Below, in pieces: positions 40,381 through 50,269 of a stretch of 64,000 bases of DNA; the first letter of the stretch is position 1, and every line of letters begins with the position of its first letter. The DNA is taken from the NCBI GenBank assembly GCA_023558315.1, contig JAMJVX010000001.1, positions 1,063 to 65,062 on the forward strand. Reading direction: 5' to 3'. A program made the translations under genes and the position numbers. Source of the stretch: Flavobacteriaceae bacterium. Its GTDB lineage: Bacteria > Bacteroidota > Bacteroidia > Flavobacteriales > Flavobacteriaceae. A model generated the notes under the pieces. The model did not search any database. It was given only the letters and a program-made list of their open reading frames with translations, and was not told the origin of the DNA.

Positions 40381-41628
40381 ATGAATTTTAGCGACTTAGG
40401 GATAATCCCTACAATACTTAAAGCCTTAAATGAAAAAGGTTATACACATCCAACACCTATACAAAAACAATCTATTCCTTTGCTTCTTGAGAATAAAGAT
40501 CTTCTTGGATGTGCACAAACTGGAACAGGTAAAACAGCTGCTTTTACCATCCCTATTATACAACATATCTACTTAAAAAATAAAAATCAGAAAGGTAAAA
40601 GAAAATTACAAGCACTTATATTGACCCCAACACGAGAACTTGCACTTCAAATCAATGAAAATATAAAAACATATGCTAAATATACAAGTATTAGAAGCAT
40701 CGTAATTTTTGGAGGAGTTAAACAACACTTACAAACAAGTGCTTTACGCAATAGTCCAGATATTCTTGTTGCAACACCAGGACGTTTACTAGATTTAATG
40801 AGACAAGGCCATGCCTATATTAATACTATTAAGTACTTTGTCTTGGATGAAGCTGATCAGATGTTAGATATGGGATTTATTAATGATATTAAAAAAATAA
40901 TATCAAAACTCCCAAAGGAACGCCAGTCTCTGTTTTTTTCCGCAACGCTACCTCCTTCCATTGTTTCGCTTTCTAAACAAATTTTAGGCAACCCTGAGAA
41001 AATAACAATAACTCCAAATAAAACAACTGAAAAGAAAATAGAACAACAACTTTATTTTGTATCTAAATCTAATAAAACTAAATTACTTATTCACATTTTG
41101 GAAATCAATAAGGGAGGATCTATTTTAGTATTTTCAAAAACAAAATATGGCGCAGACAGAATCGTTAAGAATCTAGACAATGCCCGTATTAAAGCGGCAT
41201 CAATTCATGGGAATAAATCTCAAAATGCGCGTCAAAAAACGTTAGAAAGATTCAAAAGAGGTAATTTTTATGTACTTGTAGCTACTGACATTGCTGCGCG
41301 AGGAATTGATATTAATGAATTATCTTTGGTCATAAATTATGATTTGCCAAATGTTTCTGAAACGTATGTCCATAGAATTGGGCGTACAGGAAGAGCACAA
41401 GCAATTGGAAAAGCGTACTCGTTTTGTAGCAAAGATGAATTATCATACCTAAAGGGCATCCAAAAACTGATTAACAAAGAGATTCCAGAAAATTCTGAAC
41501 ATCCCTACGTTGAAGATTTTGGAAAAATGAGTAAAAACACTAATTTAAAAGGTAAAAAGTCTAAAAATAACTATCGCCGTAAAAAACAAAATAAAAGAAA
41601 AAACTCTAACTCTAATAACAGAAAATAA
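40381..41628 (+). CDS. DEAD-box ATP-dependent RNA helicase (RhlE-like) with basic C-terminal tail
   Basis: Q-motif GYTHPTPIQ, Walker A AQTGTGKT, VLDEADQM, SAT, HRIGRTGR. Confidence 0.88.
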   Translation: MNFSDLGIIPTILKALNEKGYTHPTPIQKQSIPLLLENKDLLGCAQTGTGKTAAFTIPIIQHIYLKNKNQKGKRKLQALILTPTRELALQINENIKTYAKYTSIRSIVIFGGVKQHLQTSALRNSPDILVATPGRLLDLMRQGHAYINTIKYFVLDEADQMLDMGFINDIKKIISKLPKERQSLFFSATLPPSIVSLSKQILGNPEKITITPNKTTEKKIEQQLYFVSKSNKTKLLIHILEINKGGSILVFSKTKYGADRIVKNLDNARIKAASIHGNKSQNARQKTLERFKRGNFYVLVATDIAARGIDINELSLVINYDLPNVSETYVHRIGRTGRAQAIGKAYSFCSKDELSYLKGIQKLINKEIPENSEHPYVEDFGKMSKNTNLKGKKSKNNYRRKKQNKRKNSNSNNRK

Positions 41629-41858
41629 GTAGTTGGCAGTTTTTTTAAAATGCTGTATTTATAATACAGTTTCACTAAAAGAGTTTATTCTCTTCCTACC
41701 TGAAGTGTTTTTTATAAAGGAATATTTTCAATTTATTACTAATATAAATTACTGAATTAGACATGTCCAAGTAACCACTTAATTAATAAAACATTTGGAT
41801 ATATGAATATCTTTTTATAATTTGCTTGAAATATTCGTTTAACTAAAAATTATTAATC

Positions 41859-42569
41859 ATGAAACTAAAAAAGAATCCAAAAAAAGATTTGAACAGAAAC
41901 AATAATTTATATTTTATTATTGGTCTAGTTTTAACGCTTTTCATTACATGGAAAGTTATAGATGCTAAAACCTACACCAAGGTTTCTAGCGCAGATAAAT
42001 TATTTATTGACAATGATAATATTGATGAAAATGACGTTTTAATATTACCAACGCCTCCACCACCTCCGCCTCCACCACCAAAACCCATAATTCCTGATGA
42101 TTTTAAGGTAATTGATAATGAAAGCAAAAAAGAGGAAACTCCTGTTGAAAATACAGAAACAAATCAAGATGATTTAATTGACCCTGTTGTTACATATATT
42201 GAAACACCTGATGAGCCAGAAGTTCTTTTCATTGCACTTGAAGACAAACCAATTTTTCCTGGTTGTGAAAATGTCAATAAGTCAGAAAGGGGAAAATGCT
42301 TTGAGGAACAATTATACAAACATATTAGAAGAAAATTCAAATATCCTGAAGCCGCCAAAGAAATGGGAATCCAAGGAAAAGTTTTTATTCAATTTGTTAT
42401 TAATCAAAAAGGAGTTATTGAAATAAAAGGAGTAAGAGGTCCCGATAAAAATTTAGAGAATGAGGCAGAGAGAATTATCTCTTTATTGCCTAAAATGGAA
42501 CCTGGAAAACAAAGAGGGCGTCCAGTTAAGGTTCCCTACAGTATTCCTATATTTTTTAAACTTCAATAA
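41859..42569 (+). CDS. energy transducer TonB family protein
   Basis: N-terminal TM anchor, proline run PTPPPPPPPPPKP, and a TonB C-terminal domain KPIFPGCE...YPEAAKEMGIQGKVFIQFVINQKG. Confidence 0.7.
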   Translation: MKLKKNPKKDLNRNNNLYFIIGLVLTLFITWKVIDAKTYTKVSSADKLFIDNDNIDENDVLILPTPPPPPPPPPKPIIPDDFKVIDNESKKEETPVENTETNQDDLIDPVVTYIETPDEPEVLFIALEDKPIFPGCENVNKSERGKCFEEQLYKHIRRKFKYPEAAKEMGIQGKVFIQFVINQKGVIEIKGVRGPDKNLENEAERIISLLPKMEPGKQRGRPVKVPYSIPIFFKLQ

Positions 42570-42576
42570 AAAAACA

Positions 42577-43116
42577 ATGGTTTTAACAAAGAAAATATTT
42601 TCTTTTCTTAGCTTAGTTATAATACTTTCTTTTCATTGGAATAGTATTAATGCAAAAAACATCAATGTAAAGAATAAAAATATTGAGATGGCAACAGCAC
42701 CGTTGCCATCTTTTTTTTCAATATCAGTAACATCTAACATAACTGACACAATACCTAGTAGTAAAAAAGATTCTATTCTTAAGTTTGATGAAGAACCTAT
42801 TTTTCCTGGTTGTGAAAGGGTAAAAAAATCAAAATTATCTCAATGCTTTACAAATAAAATGAAAAATCATATCAAAGATAATTTCAAATATCCTGAAACT
42901 GCTAAAAAAATGGGTATTCAAGGTACAGTTTTTATTCTGTTTGTTATTAATAAAAAAGGAGGTATTGAAATAAAAGGAGTAAATGGACCTGACAAAATTC
43001 TAGAGAATGAGGCAGAAAGAATCATCTCTTTATTGCCTAAAATGAAACCTGGAATGCACAAAGGAAATCCCGTAAATGTTCCCTTGGCAATACCCGTTGT
43101 TTTTAGGCTTGACTAA
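42577..43116 (+). CDS. TonB C-terminal domain paralogue without proline-rich spacer
   Basis: Signal/anchor MVLTKKIFSFLSLVIILSF, then EPIFPGCE...YPETAKKMGIQGTVFILFVINKKG. The ATG at 42577 lies 8 nt after the previous stop. The longer ORF in the track overlaps the upstream gene. Confidence 0.65.
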   Translation: MVLTKKIFSFLSLVIILSFHWNSINAKNINVKNKNIEMATAPLPSFFSISVTSNITDTIPSSKKDSILKFDEEPIFPGCERVKKSKLSQCFTNKMKNHIKDNFKYPETAKKMGIQGTVFILFVINKKGGIEIKGVNGPDKILENEAERIISLLPKMKPGMHKGNPVNVPLAIPVVFRLD

Positions 43117-43120
43117 TTTT

Positions 43121-43612
43121 CTACTCTAAAGTTCTAAAATACTCTAAAATAGCACGTGCTTGCTCTTCGGTGAGGTTTTGATTAATCATCGGAGTATTGT
43201 TGAACTCTTTCAAAAGTTTTTTTGCTAATGGGTCTTCTGCTAGCATTTTTTCTGGGGCTAACATCATATTCATCACCCATTCTGGAGTACGTTTTTTAAG
43301 AATTCCATTTGGAGCTGGTCCTATAAATTTACTACCTACTTTATGGCAAGCCACACACATGGAGGCAAACAATTCCTGACCTTGCTTAACCATTTCTTCA
43401 TTAATCGCTTTAGGTAGCGTTACTGATTTTACAGGTCCTACACCCTTGTTCTCTAAATCTACTATCTCAGATGCTTTTACTCCTTCACTTTTATCGTTCT
43501 TTTTCTCAGATTTTTTTGTGCGTTTATAAACAGAATCTTTTTTCTTAGAAGCACTTTCATTACAAGAAAAAATTAGGGTAAACGCAAATAATAAGAGTAG
43601 TATTTTTTTCAT
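43121..43612 (-). CDS. c-type cytochrome lipoprotein
   Basis: Lipobox IFSC and a single heme motif CVACH with a distal Met region (MMLAPEKM). Confidence 0.7.
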   Translation of the reverse strand: MKKILLLLFAFTLIFSCNESASKKKDSVYKRTKKSEKKNDKSEGVKASEIVDLENKGVGPVKSVTLPKAINEEMVKQGQELFASMCVACHKVGSKFIGPAPNGILKKRTPEWVMNMMLAPEKMLAEDPLAKKLLKEFNNTPMINQNLTEEQARAILEYFRTLE

Positions 43613-43629
43613 ATTTAGTAAATATTTGG

Positions 43630-43637
43630 CAAATATA
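43630..43637 (-). promoter_or_regulatory. -7 box (TATATTTG on the minus strand) for the cytochrome c gene
   Basis: Exact TAnnTTTG match 18 nt upstream of the ATG at 43612. Confidence 0.4.
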
Positions 43638-43681
43638 TAATTTTTTAAATAGTGTAAAATAAAAATAGTTTTAAAAAAGAT

Positions 43682-43689
43682 TATTTTTG
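43682..43689 (+). promoter_or_regulatory. -7 box TATTTTTG for ggt
   Basis: Exact TAnnTTTG match 28 nt upstream of the ATG at 43718. Confidence 0.4.
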
Positions 43690-43717
43690 TTTCCTTAAAA
43701 TTAAAAATTTCAATTCT

Positions 43718-45379
43718 ATGAAAGCAATTTATTCAATCATTTTATTATTAGCTATAAATATTACGCAAACAACTCTTCCTAAAAACAATGCGGTAGTTTC
43801 CGCTCGCGAGGAAGCCTCTAAAGCTGGAATTGCAATGCTACAAAAGGGAGGGAACGCTTTTGACGCCATGATTGCTACGAGTTTATCTCTGGCTGTGTGT
43901 TATCCTGTTGCAGGAAATTTAGGAGGGGGAGGTTTTGCTGTAATTAGAAAAACTAATGGAGAAGTATCTACTTTAGACTATCGCGAAATGGCGCCTGCAA
44001 ATGCGTTTAAAGATATGTATTTAGATTCTCTAGGAAATGCAATACCCTCCAAAAGTAGATTGGGAGGGCTCGCTTCTGGAGTTCCTGGAACCGTTGCTGG
44101 GCTTTTTGAAATTTATGAAAAAGAAGGGACTTTGCCATTAGATACAATATTTGCTCCTGCTATTGAATTAGCCGAAAAAGGTTTTGTAATTACTGAAAAA
44201 CAAGCGAGAAGTTTTAACCGAGCTTATGAAAAAATTGCTTTAGTAAATCCTGAAAATTTAATATTCAAAAAAGATTTTAAAGCAGGAGATATTTTTGTTA
44301 ATAAACCCCTTGCAAACACTTTGAGGCAAATATTAAAAAATGGAAATGACGGATTTTATTCTGGATTTGTCGCAAAAGAATTAGTGACAGAAATAGAAGA
44401 AGCTGGAGGAATTATCACCCTTGAAGACTTAAAAAATTATGAGGTAAAATGGAGAGAACCTATAAAATTTGACTACAAAGATTTAACTCTGTATTCCATG
44501 GCGCCTCCTTCTAGTGGAGGAATATGTTTGGGTCAAATTATGAAAATGGTCGAACATTATGACCTAAAAAAATATGGGCATAATTCAATGAAAAGCATCC
44601 AAGTTTTAGTAGAAGCAGAGCGTCGTTCATATGCGGATAGAAGCAAATATCTGGGAGATCCTGATTTTTTTGCAATCCCAATTAATGATCTTCTCGATTC
44701 AACATATTTAAAAAATAGAATGACTAACTTTAGTTTTGAAGAGGCTACTCCATCTTCTGAAGTAAATCCTGGAAATATAGTCTGGAGTGAATCAGAAGAA
44801 ACAACTCATTTTTCTATAGTAGATACACAAGGAAACGCAATCGCAGTAACTACTACACTTAATGCCGCTTATGGTTCAAAAGTATATATTGAATCATTGG
44901 GTTTTTTCATGAATAATGAAATGGATGACTTTAGTGTTAAACCTGGAGTGCCTAATATGTTCGGTTTAGTTGGAAACAAAGCTAATGCTATTGCCCCTAA
45001 AAAAAGGATGTTGAGTTCTATGACTCCTACTATTGTAGAAAAAAATGGCAACCTATCAATGGTTGTTGGTACTCCTGGCGGTTCAACGATAATCACAAGC
45101 GTATTACAAACTATATTAAACGTATATGAATTTGATATGAATATGCAACAAGCCGTAAATGCTAAACGATTTCATCATCAATGGCTGCCTGATAAAATTA
45201 TTTTTGAGCCCAAAAGTTTTGATAGTCTCCTTTTAAATGAACTAAGGAAAAAGGGATACATGATTGAAGAAAAGGATAGTCGAGTTATTGGAAAAGTAGA
45301 TGCCATTTTTATAGACGAAAAAGGGAATATAGATACTGGAGCTGACCCAAGAGGTGATGATGCAGCCGTTACATTTTAA
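43718..45379 (+). CDS. ggt: gamma-glutamyltransferase
   Basis: Autoprocessing/catalytic Thr context ETTHFSIVD, SSMTPTIV and GTPGGSTIITSVLQ. Confidence 0.9.
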   Translation: MKAIYSIILLLAINITQTTLPKNNAVVSAREEASKAGIAMLQKGGNAFDAMIATSLSLAVCYPVAGNLGGGGFAVIRKTNGEVSTLDYREMAPANAFKDMYLDSLGNAIPSKSRLGGLASGVPGTVAGLFEIYEKEGTLPLDTIFAPAIELAEKGFVITEKQARSFNRAYEKIALVNPENLIFKKDFKAGDIFVNKPLANTLRQILKNGNDGFYSGFVAKELVTEIEEAGGIITLEDLKNYEVKWREPIKFDYKDLTLYSMAPPSSGGICLGQIMKMVEHYDLKKYGHNSMKSIQVLVEAERRSYADRSKYLGDPDFFAIPINDLLDSTYLKNRMTNFSFEEATPSSEVNPGNIVWSESEETTHFSIVDTQGNAIAVTTTLNAAYGSKVYIESLGFFMNNEMDDFSVKPGVPNMFGLVGNKANAIAPKKRMLSSMTPTIVEKNGNLSMVVGTPGGSTIITSVLQTILNVYEFDMNMQQAVNAKRFHHQWLPDKIIFEPKSFDSLLLNELRKKGYMIEEKDSRVIGKVDAIFIDEKGNIDTGADPRGDDAAVTF

Positions 45380-45394
45380 CTATTATTCTTAAAA

Positions 45395-46156
45395 ATGAAA
45401 ATTATTTTATCTCCTGCTAAAGCACTAAATACGGAAAACACACCTAAACCCGAAAATTATACAAATCCACATTTTTTAGAAGAAGCAATTAAACTAAATG
45501 CTATCTTAAAGAAAAAATCAGTCAAGAGTTTAGGAAAATTAATGAATATATCTGAAAATTTAGCCACTTTGAATTGGGAACGAAATCAAAATTTCTCTAC
45601 TCCTTTTACTCCACAAAACGCTACTCTAGCAGCATATACTTTTAATGGACAAGTTTATGAAGGATTAAATATTTCAACTCTAGCAAAAGAAAAAATACCT
45701 GTTTTAGAAAATAAATTACTGATTTTATCTGGGCTTTATGGAATTTTGAAGCCTTTTGACCTAATGCAACCATATCGTTTAGAAATGGGAACTTCGATGA
45801 AAGTTGGAAAAGCAAAAAATTTATACGAATTTTGGAAAGATAAGATTACCAATTATCTAAATGACCAATTGACTGAGAATGAGAATTTAGTAAATCTAGC
45901 AAGTAAAGAATATTTTTCTGCTATAAACTTCAATAAATTAAGGGCAAAAGTAATCACCCCTCAATTTAAAGATTTCAAAAATGGACAATTAAAAAGTATA
46001 TTTTTATTTATTAAAAAAGCAAGAGGCTATATGTCTCGTTTTATTATTGAAGAGGATATAAAATCTCTAGATGAATTAAAAACCTTTAATGTAGAGGGGT
46101 ACTCATTTAGTCCGCAAGAAACTAAAAATGAAAATGAACCTGTATTTATTAGATAG
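45395..46156 (+). CDS. yaaA: peroxide stress protein YaaA (UPF0246/DUF328)
   Basis: MKIILSPAKALN and SGLYGILKPFDLMQPYRLEM. Confidence 0.85.
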   Translation: MKIILSPAKALNTENTPKPENYTNPHFLEEAIKLNAILKKKSVKSLGKLMNISENLATLNWERNQNFSTPFTPQNATLAAYTFNGQVYEGLNISTLAKEKIPVLENKLLILSGLYGILKPFDLMQPYRLEMGTSMKVGKAKNLYEFWKDKITNYLNDQLTENENLVNLASKEYFSAINFNKLRAKVITPQFKDFKNGQLKSIFLFIKKARGYMSRFIIEEDIKSLDELKTFNVEGYSFSPQETKNENEPVFIR

Positions 46157-46214
46157 ATTTTTATTTTAAATTACTTTATCCCTTTCAAAATTTATATATA
46201 TTTAAATATTTTAT

Positions 46215-46222
46215 TACTTTTG
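46215..46222 (+). promoter_or_regulatory. -7 box TACTTTTG for secDF
   Basis: Exact TAnnTTTG match 22 nt upstream of the ATG at 46245. Confidence 0.4.
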
Positions 46223-46244
46223 CCGTCTTTAAAAATAAAGCAAA

Positions 46245-49200
46245 ATGAGAAATAACGGACTTATCAAGTTTTTCGGTATATTATTTGGAATTGTAAGTAT
46301 TTATCAACTTTCATTTACATTTATTGTAAATAATGCAGAACGAAAAGCTAAACAATATGCCATAGAGAATATTGAAGCATTTGAAGAAGATTATATAGCA
46401 AAAAGAGAAATCGAGGAATTACGATATTTAGATTCTATTCACAATACTTCTATCTTAGGATTTACCACCTATGGGAAAGCTAAAGAGCGTGAACTCAACA
46501 AAGGGTTAGATCTTAAAGGAGGAATAAACGTTATTTTACAAATTTCTATTAAAGACATTTTAAAAGGGTTAGCTGACAACAGTAAAGACCCTATTTTTAA
46601 TAAAGCATTAAATGATGCTGAAATATTACAAAAAAATTCTAATGATCCCTACGTAGAATCTTTTTTTATCGCCTTTGAAAAATTAGATCAAAATAAAAAA
46701 CTAGCTAGTCCCTCTATTTTTGCTAATAGAACTTTAAGCGAAGAAATAAATTTTGAAATGACTAATGAACAAGTCAAGCCTATCATTAGAAGAAAAATTG
46801 ATGAATCTGTTGTTTCTGCATTTGAAGTCCTTAGAAAGAGAATCGATAAATTTGGTGTAACACAGCCTAACATTCAACGTTTAGGTAATTCTGGTAGGAT
46901 TTTAATAGAATTACCAGGTGCTAAAGATGTAGAACGTGTTAAAAATCTTCTACAAAGTACTGCACAACTAGAATTTTGGGAGGCATTTAAGGGAGAAGAA
47001 TTTTTTAAATCGTTTTTTGAAATTGATAGTTTATTAAAAATAAAACTGCAACGTGAAAATATAAATAAACCTATAGATAATACTAGTGAAGAGTCGCAAG
47101 ATGATGCTGGGATTAATACGCTTTCCTTAGGAAATGAGGAAGAGCAAGAAAATGAGGAAGAAAACTCAATAGATTCGCTTCTGTCTGAAGTGGAGTCTGC
47201 TACTGCTCAATCAGATACATTACCAGATAGTAACAAGGTTATTACAAAAGAAAATCCACTTTTAGGATTAGTAAAATCACAAGGATATCAAGGCGGACCA
47301 GTAATTGGTAGCTTTGCTGCATCTGATAAAGAAATTGTCTTAGAATACTTAAATCTTCCTGAAGCTAGACGTCTCCTTCCTTCTAAATATAGATATGTGA
47401 AATTTGCGTGGGGCATTGAAAACCCTGTTACGGGTTTAGTAGATTTATATGCACTACAATCAAATAGAAAAGATGTTCCACCACTTGGAGGAGCTGTAGT
47501 TGTAGATGCTAGCCAAAGTTATGACCAATTAGGAAACCCCTCAGTAACCATGCAAATGAACTTGAAAGGTTCAAGAATTTGGGAATCTATGACTGAAAAG
47601 GCATTCAAAAAAAGGTCTCAAATTGCTATCGTTTTAGATAATATTGTTTACTCTGCACCTGGAGTATCTAATGGAGCAATCACAGGAGGTAGATCTGAAA
47701 TATCAGGAACTTTCACTTTAAATGAAGCAATCGATTTAGCAAATGTATTAAGAGCAGGAAAACTCCCTGCTTCTGCAGACATAATTCAATCAGAAATTGT
47801 AGGTCCTTCCTTAGGAAAAGAAGCCATTCAGAGTGGAATTTATTCTTTTATTATTGCACTTATTTTTGTCCTTGTATGGATGATATTTTATTATGGCAGA
47901 GCTGGTTTTTATGCAGATATTGCACTTTTATTTAACATTCTCGTTTTATTTGGCATTCTTGCAGGATTAGGAGCCGTTCTTACGTTACCTGGTATTGCTG
48001 GTATTGTATTAACTATTGGAATCTCTGTGGATGCTAATGTGTTAATTTTTGAACGTGTGAGAGAAGAGTTAAAAAAAGGAAAAGGGCTTGCCAAATCTAT
48101 TACTGATGGGTTTAATAATGCCTTATCTTCTATTTTAGATGCAAATATTACCACTGGACTAACGGCTTTAATATTATTTATTTTTGGTACAGGACCGATT
48201 AAAGGTTTTGCTACAACTTTATTGATAGGTATAGGTACTTCTTTATTTACTGCTATATTTATCACTCGATTTTTTATTGATAATAGAAAAGAAAGAGGTA
48301 AAAAAATAGTTTTTTCTACTTCATTTACTCAAAATTTATTATCAAAAGTAGATATATCATTTCTCAAAAAAAGAAAGATTGCATACCTAGTTTCATTTTT
48401 ATTTGTAGGACTTAGTATTTTTTCATTATTTACAAAAGGGCTTAATCAAGGGGTTGATTTTCTAGGCGGTCGTTCCTACACTGTTCGTTTTGAAAATGTT
48501 GTAAATCCTTCTCAAGTACAAGAAAAAATAATTCCATTACTAGAGAGTGCGGAAGTAAAAACTTTTGGTGAAGAAAATCAATTAAAAATAACAACCAAGT
48601 ATAAAATAGATGAAGAAGGGACTGAGGTAGATAAAGAAATTACTGAAAAATTATTTACTGCATTACAGGAAGATTTACCAGAAGAGCTTAGTTACGAAGA
48701 ATTTGCTGATTTATCAATCACTAATAAAGATGTTGGAGTAATGTCTTCTATAAAAGTTGGGCCAACCATTGCTGATGACATAAAACAAAATTCTTATTTT
48801 TCTGTATTAGGTTCATTAATTATTGTTTTCTTATATATTCTTTTACGATTTAGAAAATGGCAATTTTCGTTAGGAGCAGTTACTGCTGTTTTCCACGACG
48901 TTATTATTGTACTTGGAATTTTTTCCATAACATATACTTTCATGCCATTTAATATGGAAATTAATCAAGCATTTATAGCTGCTGTCCTTACAGTTATTGG
49001 TTATTCTTTAAATGATACGGTTGTAGTATTTGATAGAATTAGGGAATTTACTAATTCTCATGGTAGTTGGGGTCTTCCAAAAGTGATAAATAACGCATTA
49101 AATAGCACGTTAAGTAGAACTTTGAATACGAGTATAACAACGCTTATTGTATTATTAGCCATTTTTATTTTTGGTGGAGAATCTATTAGAGGATTTATGT

Positions 49201-49307
49201 TTGCTTTAATTATAGGGGTTGTTGTGGGAACATACTCTTCTGTATTTATAGCTACGCCTATAATGTTCGATACGAGTAAAAAAACATTACATACTAAAAA
49301 AGGATAA
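46245..49307 (+). CDS. secDF: protein translocase subunit SecDF (fused)
   Basis: 1020 aa with two 6-TM blocks carrying SVDANVLIFERVREE and GYSLNDTVVVFDRIRE. The periplasmic P1 domain contains LGLDLKGG. Confidence 0.9.
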   Translation: MRNNGLIKFFGILFGIVSIYQLSFTFIVNNAERKAKQYAIENIEAFEEDYIAKREIEELRYLDSIHNTSILGFTTYGKAKERELNKGLDLKGGINVILQISIKDILKGLADNSKDPIFNKALNDAEILQKNSNDPYVESFFIAFEKLDQNKKLASPSIFANRTLSEEINFEMTNEQVKPIIRRKIDESVVSAFEVLRKRIDKFGVTQPNIQRLGNSGRILIELPGAKDVERVKNLLQSTAQLEFWEAFKGEEFFKSFFEIDSLLKIKLQRENINKPIDNTSEESQDDAGINTLSLGNEEEQENEEENSIDSLLSEVESATAQSDTLPDSNKVITKENPLLGLVKSQGYQGGPVIGSFAASDKEIVLEYLNLPEARRLLPSKYRYVKFAWGIENPVTGLVDLYALQSNRKDVPPLGGAVVVDASQSYDQLGNPSVTMQMNLKGSRIWESMTEKAFKKRSQIAIVLDNIVYSAPGVSNGAITGGRSEISGTFTLNEAIDLANVLRAGKLPASADIIQSEIVGPSLGKEAIQSGIYSFIIALIFVLVWMIFYYGRAGFYADIALLFNILVLFGILAGLGAVLTLPGIAGIVLTIGISVDANVLIFERVREELKKGKGLAKSITDGFNNALSSILDANITTGLTALILFIFGTGPIKGFATTLLIGIGTSLFTAIFITRFFIDNRKERGKKIVFSTSFTQNLLSKVDISFLKKRKIAYLVSFLFVGLSIFSLFTKGLNQGVDFLGGRSYTVRFENVVNPSQVQEKIIPLLESAEVKTFGEENQLKITTKYKIDEEGTEVDKEITEKLFTALQEDLPEELSYEEFADLSITNKDVGVMSSIKVGPTIADDIKQNSYFSVLGSLIIVFLYILLRFRKWQFSLGAVTAVFHDVIIVLGIFSITYTFMPFNMEINQAFIAAVLTVIGYSLNDTVVVFDRIREFTNSHGSWGLPKVINNALNSTLSRTLNTSITTLIVLLAIFIFGGESIRGFMFALIIGVVVGTYSSVFIATPIMFDTSKKTLHTKKG

Positions 49308-49327
49308 TTCTTTCGAATTACCCTTTT
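49297..49327. terminator. hairpin between convergent secDF and the DinB-family gene (possible bidirectional terminator)
   Basis: AAAAGGATAATTC-TTTC-GAATTACCCTTTT (12 bp with one mismatch), flanked by an A-run on the left and T-runs on the right. It overlaps the secDF stop codon. Confidence 0.35.
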
Positions 49328-49356
49328 CCTTTTTTAACCTTTTTTTAGATGTAGAC

Positions 49357-49878
49357 TTACTCAGTTACTAGTTTGATATGCGCTAAATGATGTTGGCAAT
49401 GCCAAGCGTAGTATGACAAATTAGTAAATAGAGAAATATTTTTTTGATGCTCAGGATGAAAGTGCTCTTTTTGAAAATCTTGTGGAGTCATTGATTTTAA
49501 GAGTTTTACCCATCTAGAATGAACCCCTCTGATTATTAGCATACTTTCATTTACAGAAGCTTCTTTAGTATCCGCTAGAGACAACCATATATTTTCTTCA
49601 TAGGGCTTTATTGTAGGTTTATCTTCCAATAAAGTATGTTTGAATCTTATAATACTATACATATGGCTATCTGCAATATGGTGAACTACTTGTTTAGCAG
49701 TCCAACCTCCTTCTCTATAAGATTCATTTAACTTTTCTTCAGAAGTATTCTCTAACGCTTCTTCTAATTTTTGCGGTAAAGACTCAATAATGGCTATTTT
49801 TTCACTTATTAATTCTTCACTTAAAGAATCAACATGTTCAAATTTACCAATAGGATATTGTCTTTCTTCTATATTCAT
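49357..49878 (-). CDS. DinB/YfiT-family putative metal-dependent hydrolase
   Basis: VVHHIADSHMYSIIRFKHTL and C-terminal YYAWHCQHHLAHI (His triad pattern). Confidence 0.7.
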   Translation of the reverse strand: MNIEERQYPIGKFEHVDSLSEELISEKIAIIESLPQKLEEALENTSEEKLNESYREGGWTAKQVVHHIADSHMYSIIRFKHTLLEDKPTIKPYEENIWLSLADTKEASVNESMLIIRGVHSRWVKLLKSMTPQDFQKEHFHPEHQKNISLFTNLSYYAWHCQHHLAHIKLVTE

Positions 49879-49919
49879 ATTAACTAAAACTAATAAGTAA
49901 TCTTAAATCTAGGCAAATA

Positions 49920-50237
49920 CTAAATTGCTTCGTCAATTTTTTCAGTATAAGCATTTTTAGGGGCTACTCCTACTTGTCTATGGAATATTTCCCCATCTTT
50001 AAATATGATTACTGTAGGAATATTACGAACTCCATATTTTGCAGCAAACTCTTGATTAGAATCAACATCTAATTTTCCTATCACTGCTTTCCCATCATAT
50101 TCAGTGCCAATTTCCTCAATAACTGGACCCAAAGCTCTACATGGACCACACCATTCAGCCCAAAAGTCTACTAATACTGGTTTGTCTGATTTTAATACTA
50201 ATTCTTCAAAATTTGAATCTGTGATTTCTGTTGTCAT
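49920..50237 (-). CDS. trxA: thioredoxin
   Basis: VLVDFWAEWCGPCR. 105 aa. Confidence 0.9.
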   Translation of the reverse strand: MTTEITDSNFEELVLKSDKPVLVDFWAEWCGPCRALGPVIEEIGTEYDGKAVIGKLDVDSNQEFAAKYGVRNIPTVIIFKDGEIFHRQVGVAPKNAYTEKIDEAI

Positions 50238-50258
50238 AAATTTATTATTTTAGAAAGG

Positions 50259-50266
50259 CAAAAATA
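50259..50266 (-). promoter_or_regulatory. -7 box (TATTTTTG on the minus strand) for trxA
   Basis: Exact TAnnTTTG match 22 nt upstream of the ATG at 50237. Confidence 0.4.
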
Positions 50267-50269
50267 CGT

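Noticed and set aside
40346-40384. 12-codon upstream ORF (MNIKVIFQSHKL) whose TGA overlaps the ATG of the DEAD-box helicase gene (ATGA).
   Set aside because: Short ATG-initiated ORFs are expected by chance in spacer DNA this A/T-rich. Nothing else (conserved peptide, structure) supports it, so I did not score it.
42460-42576. Long form of the second TonB-like ORF (starting at 42460), which overlaps the first TonB gene by 110 nt.
   Set aside because: The extension is read out of frame through the conserved C-terminus of the upstream gene. The internal ATG at 42577 is followed immediately by a signal/anchor sequence.
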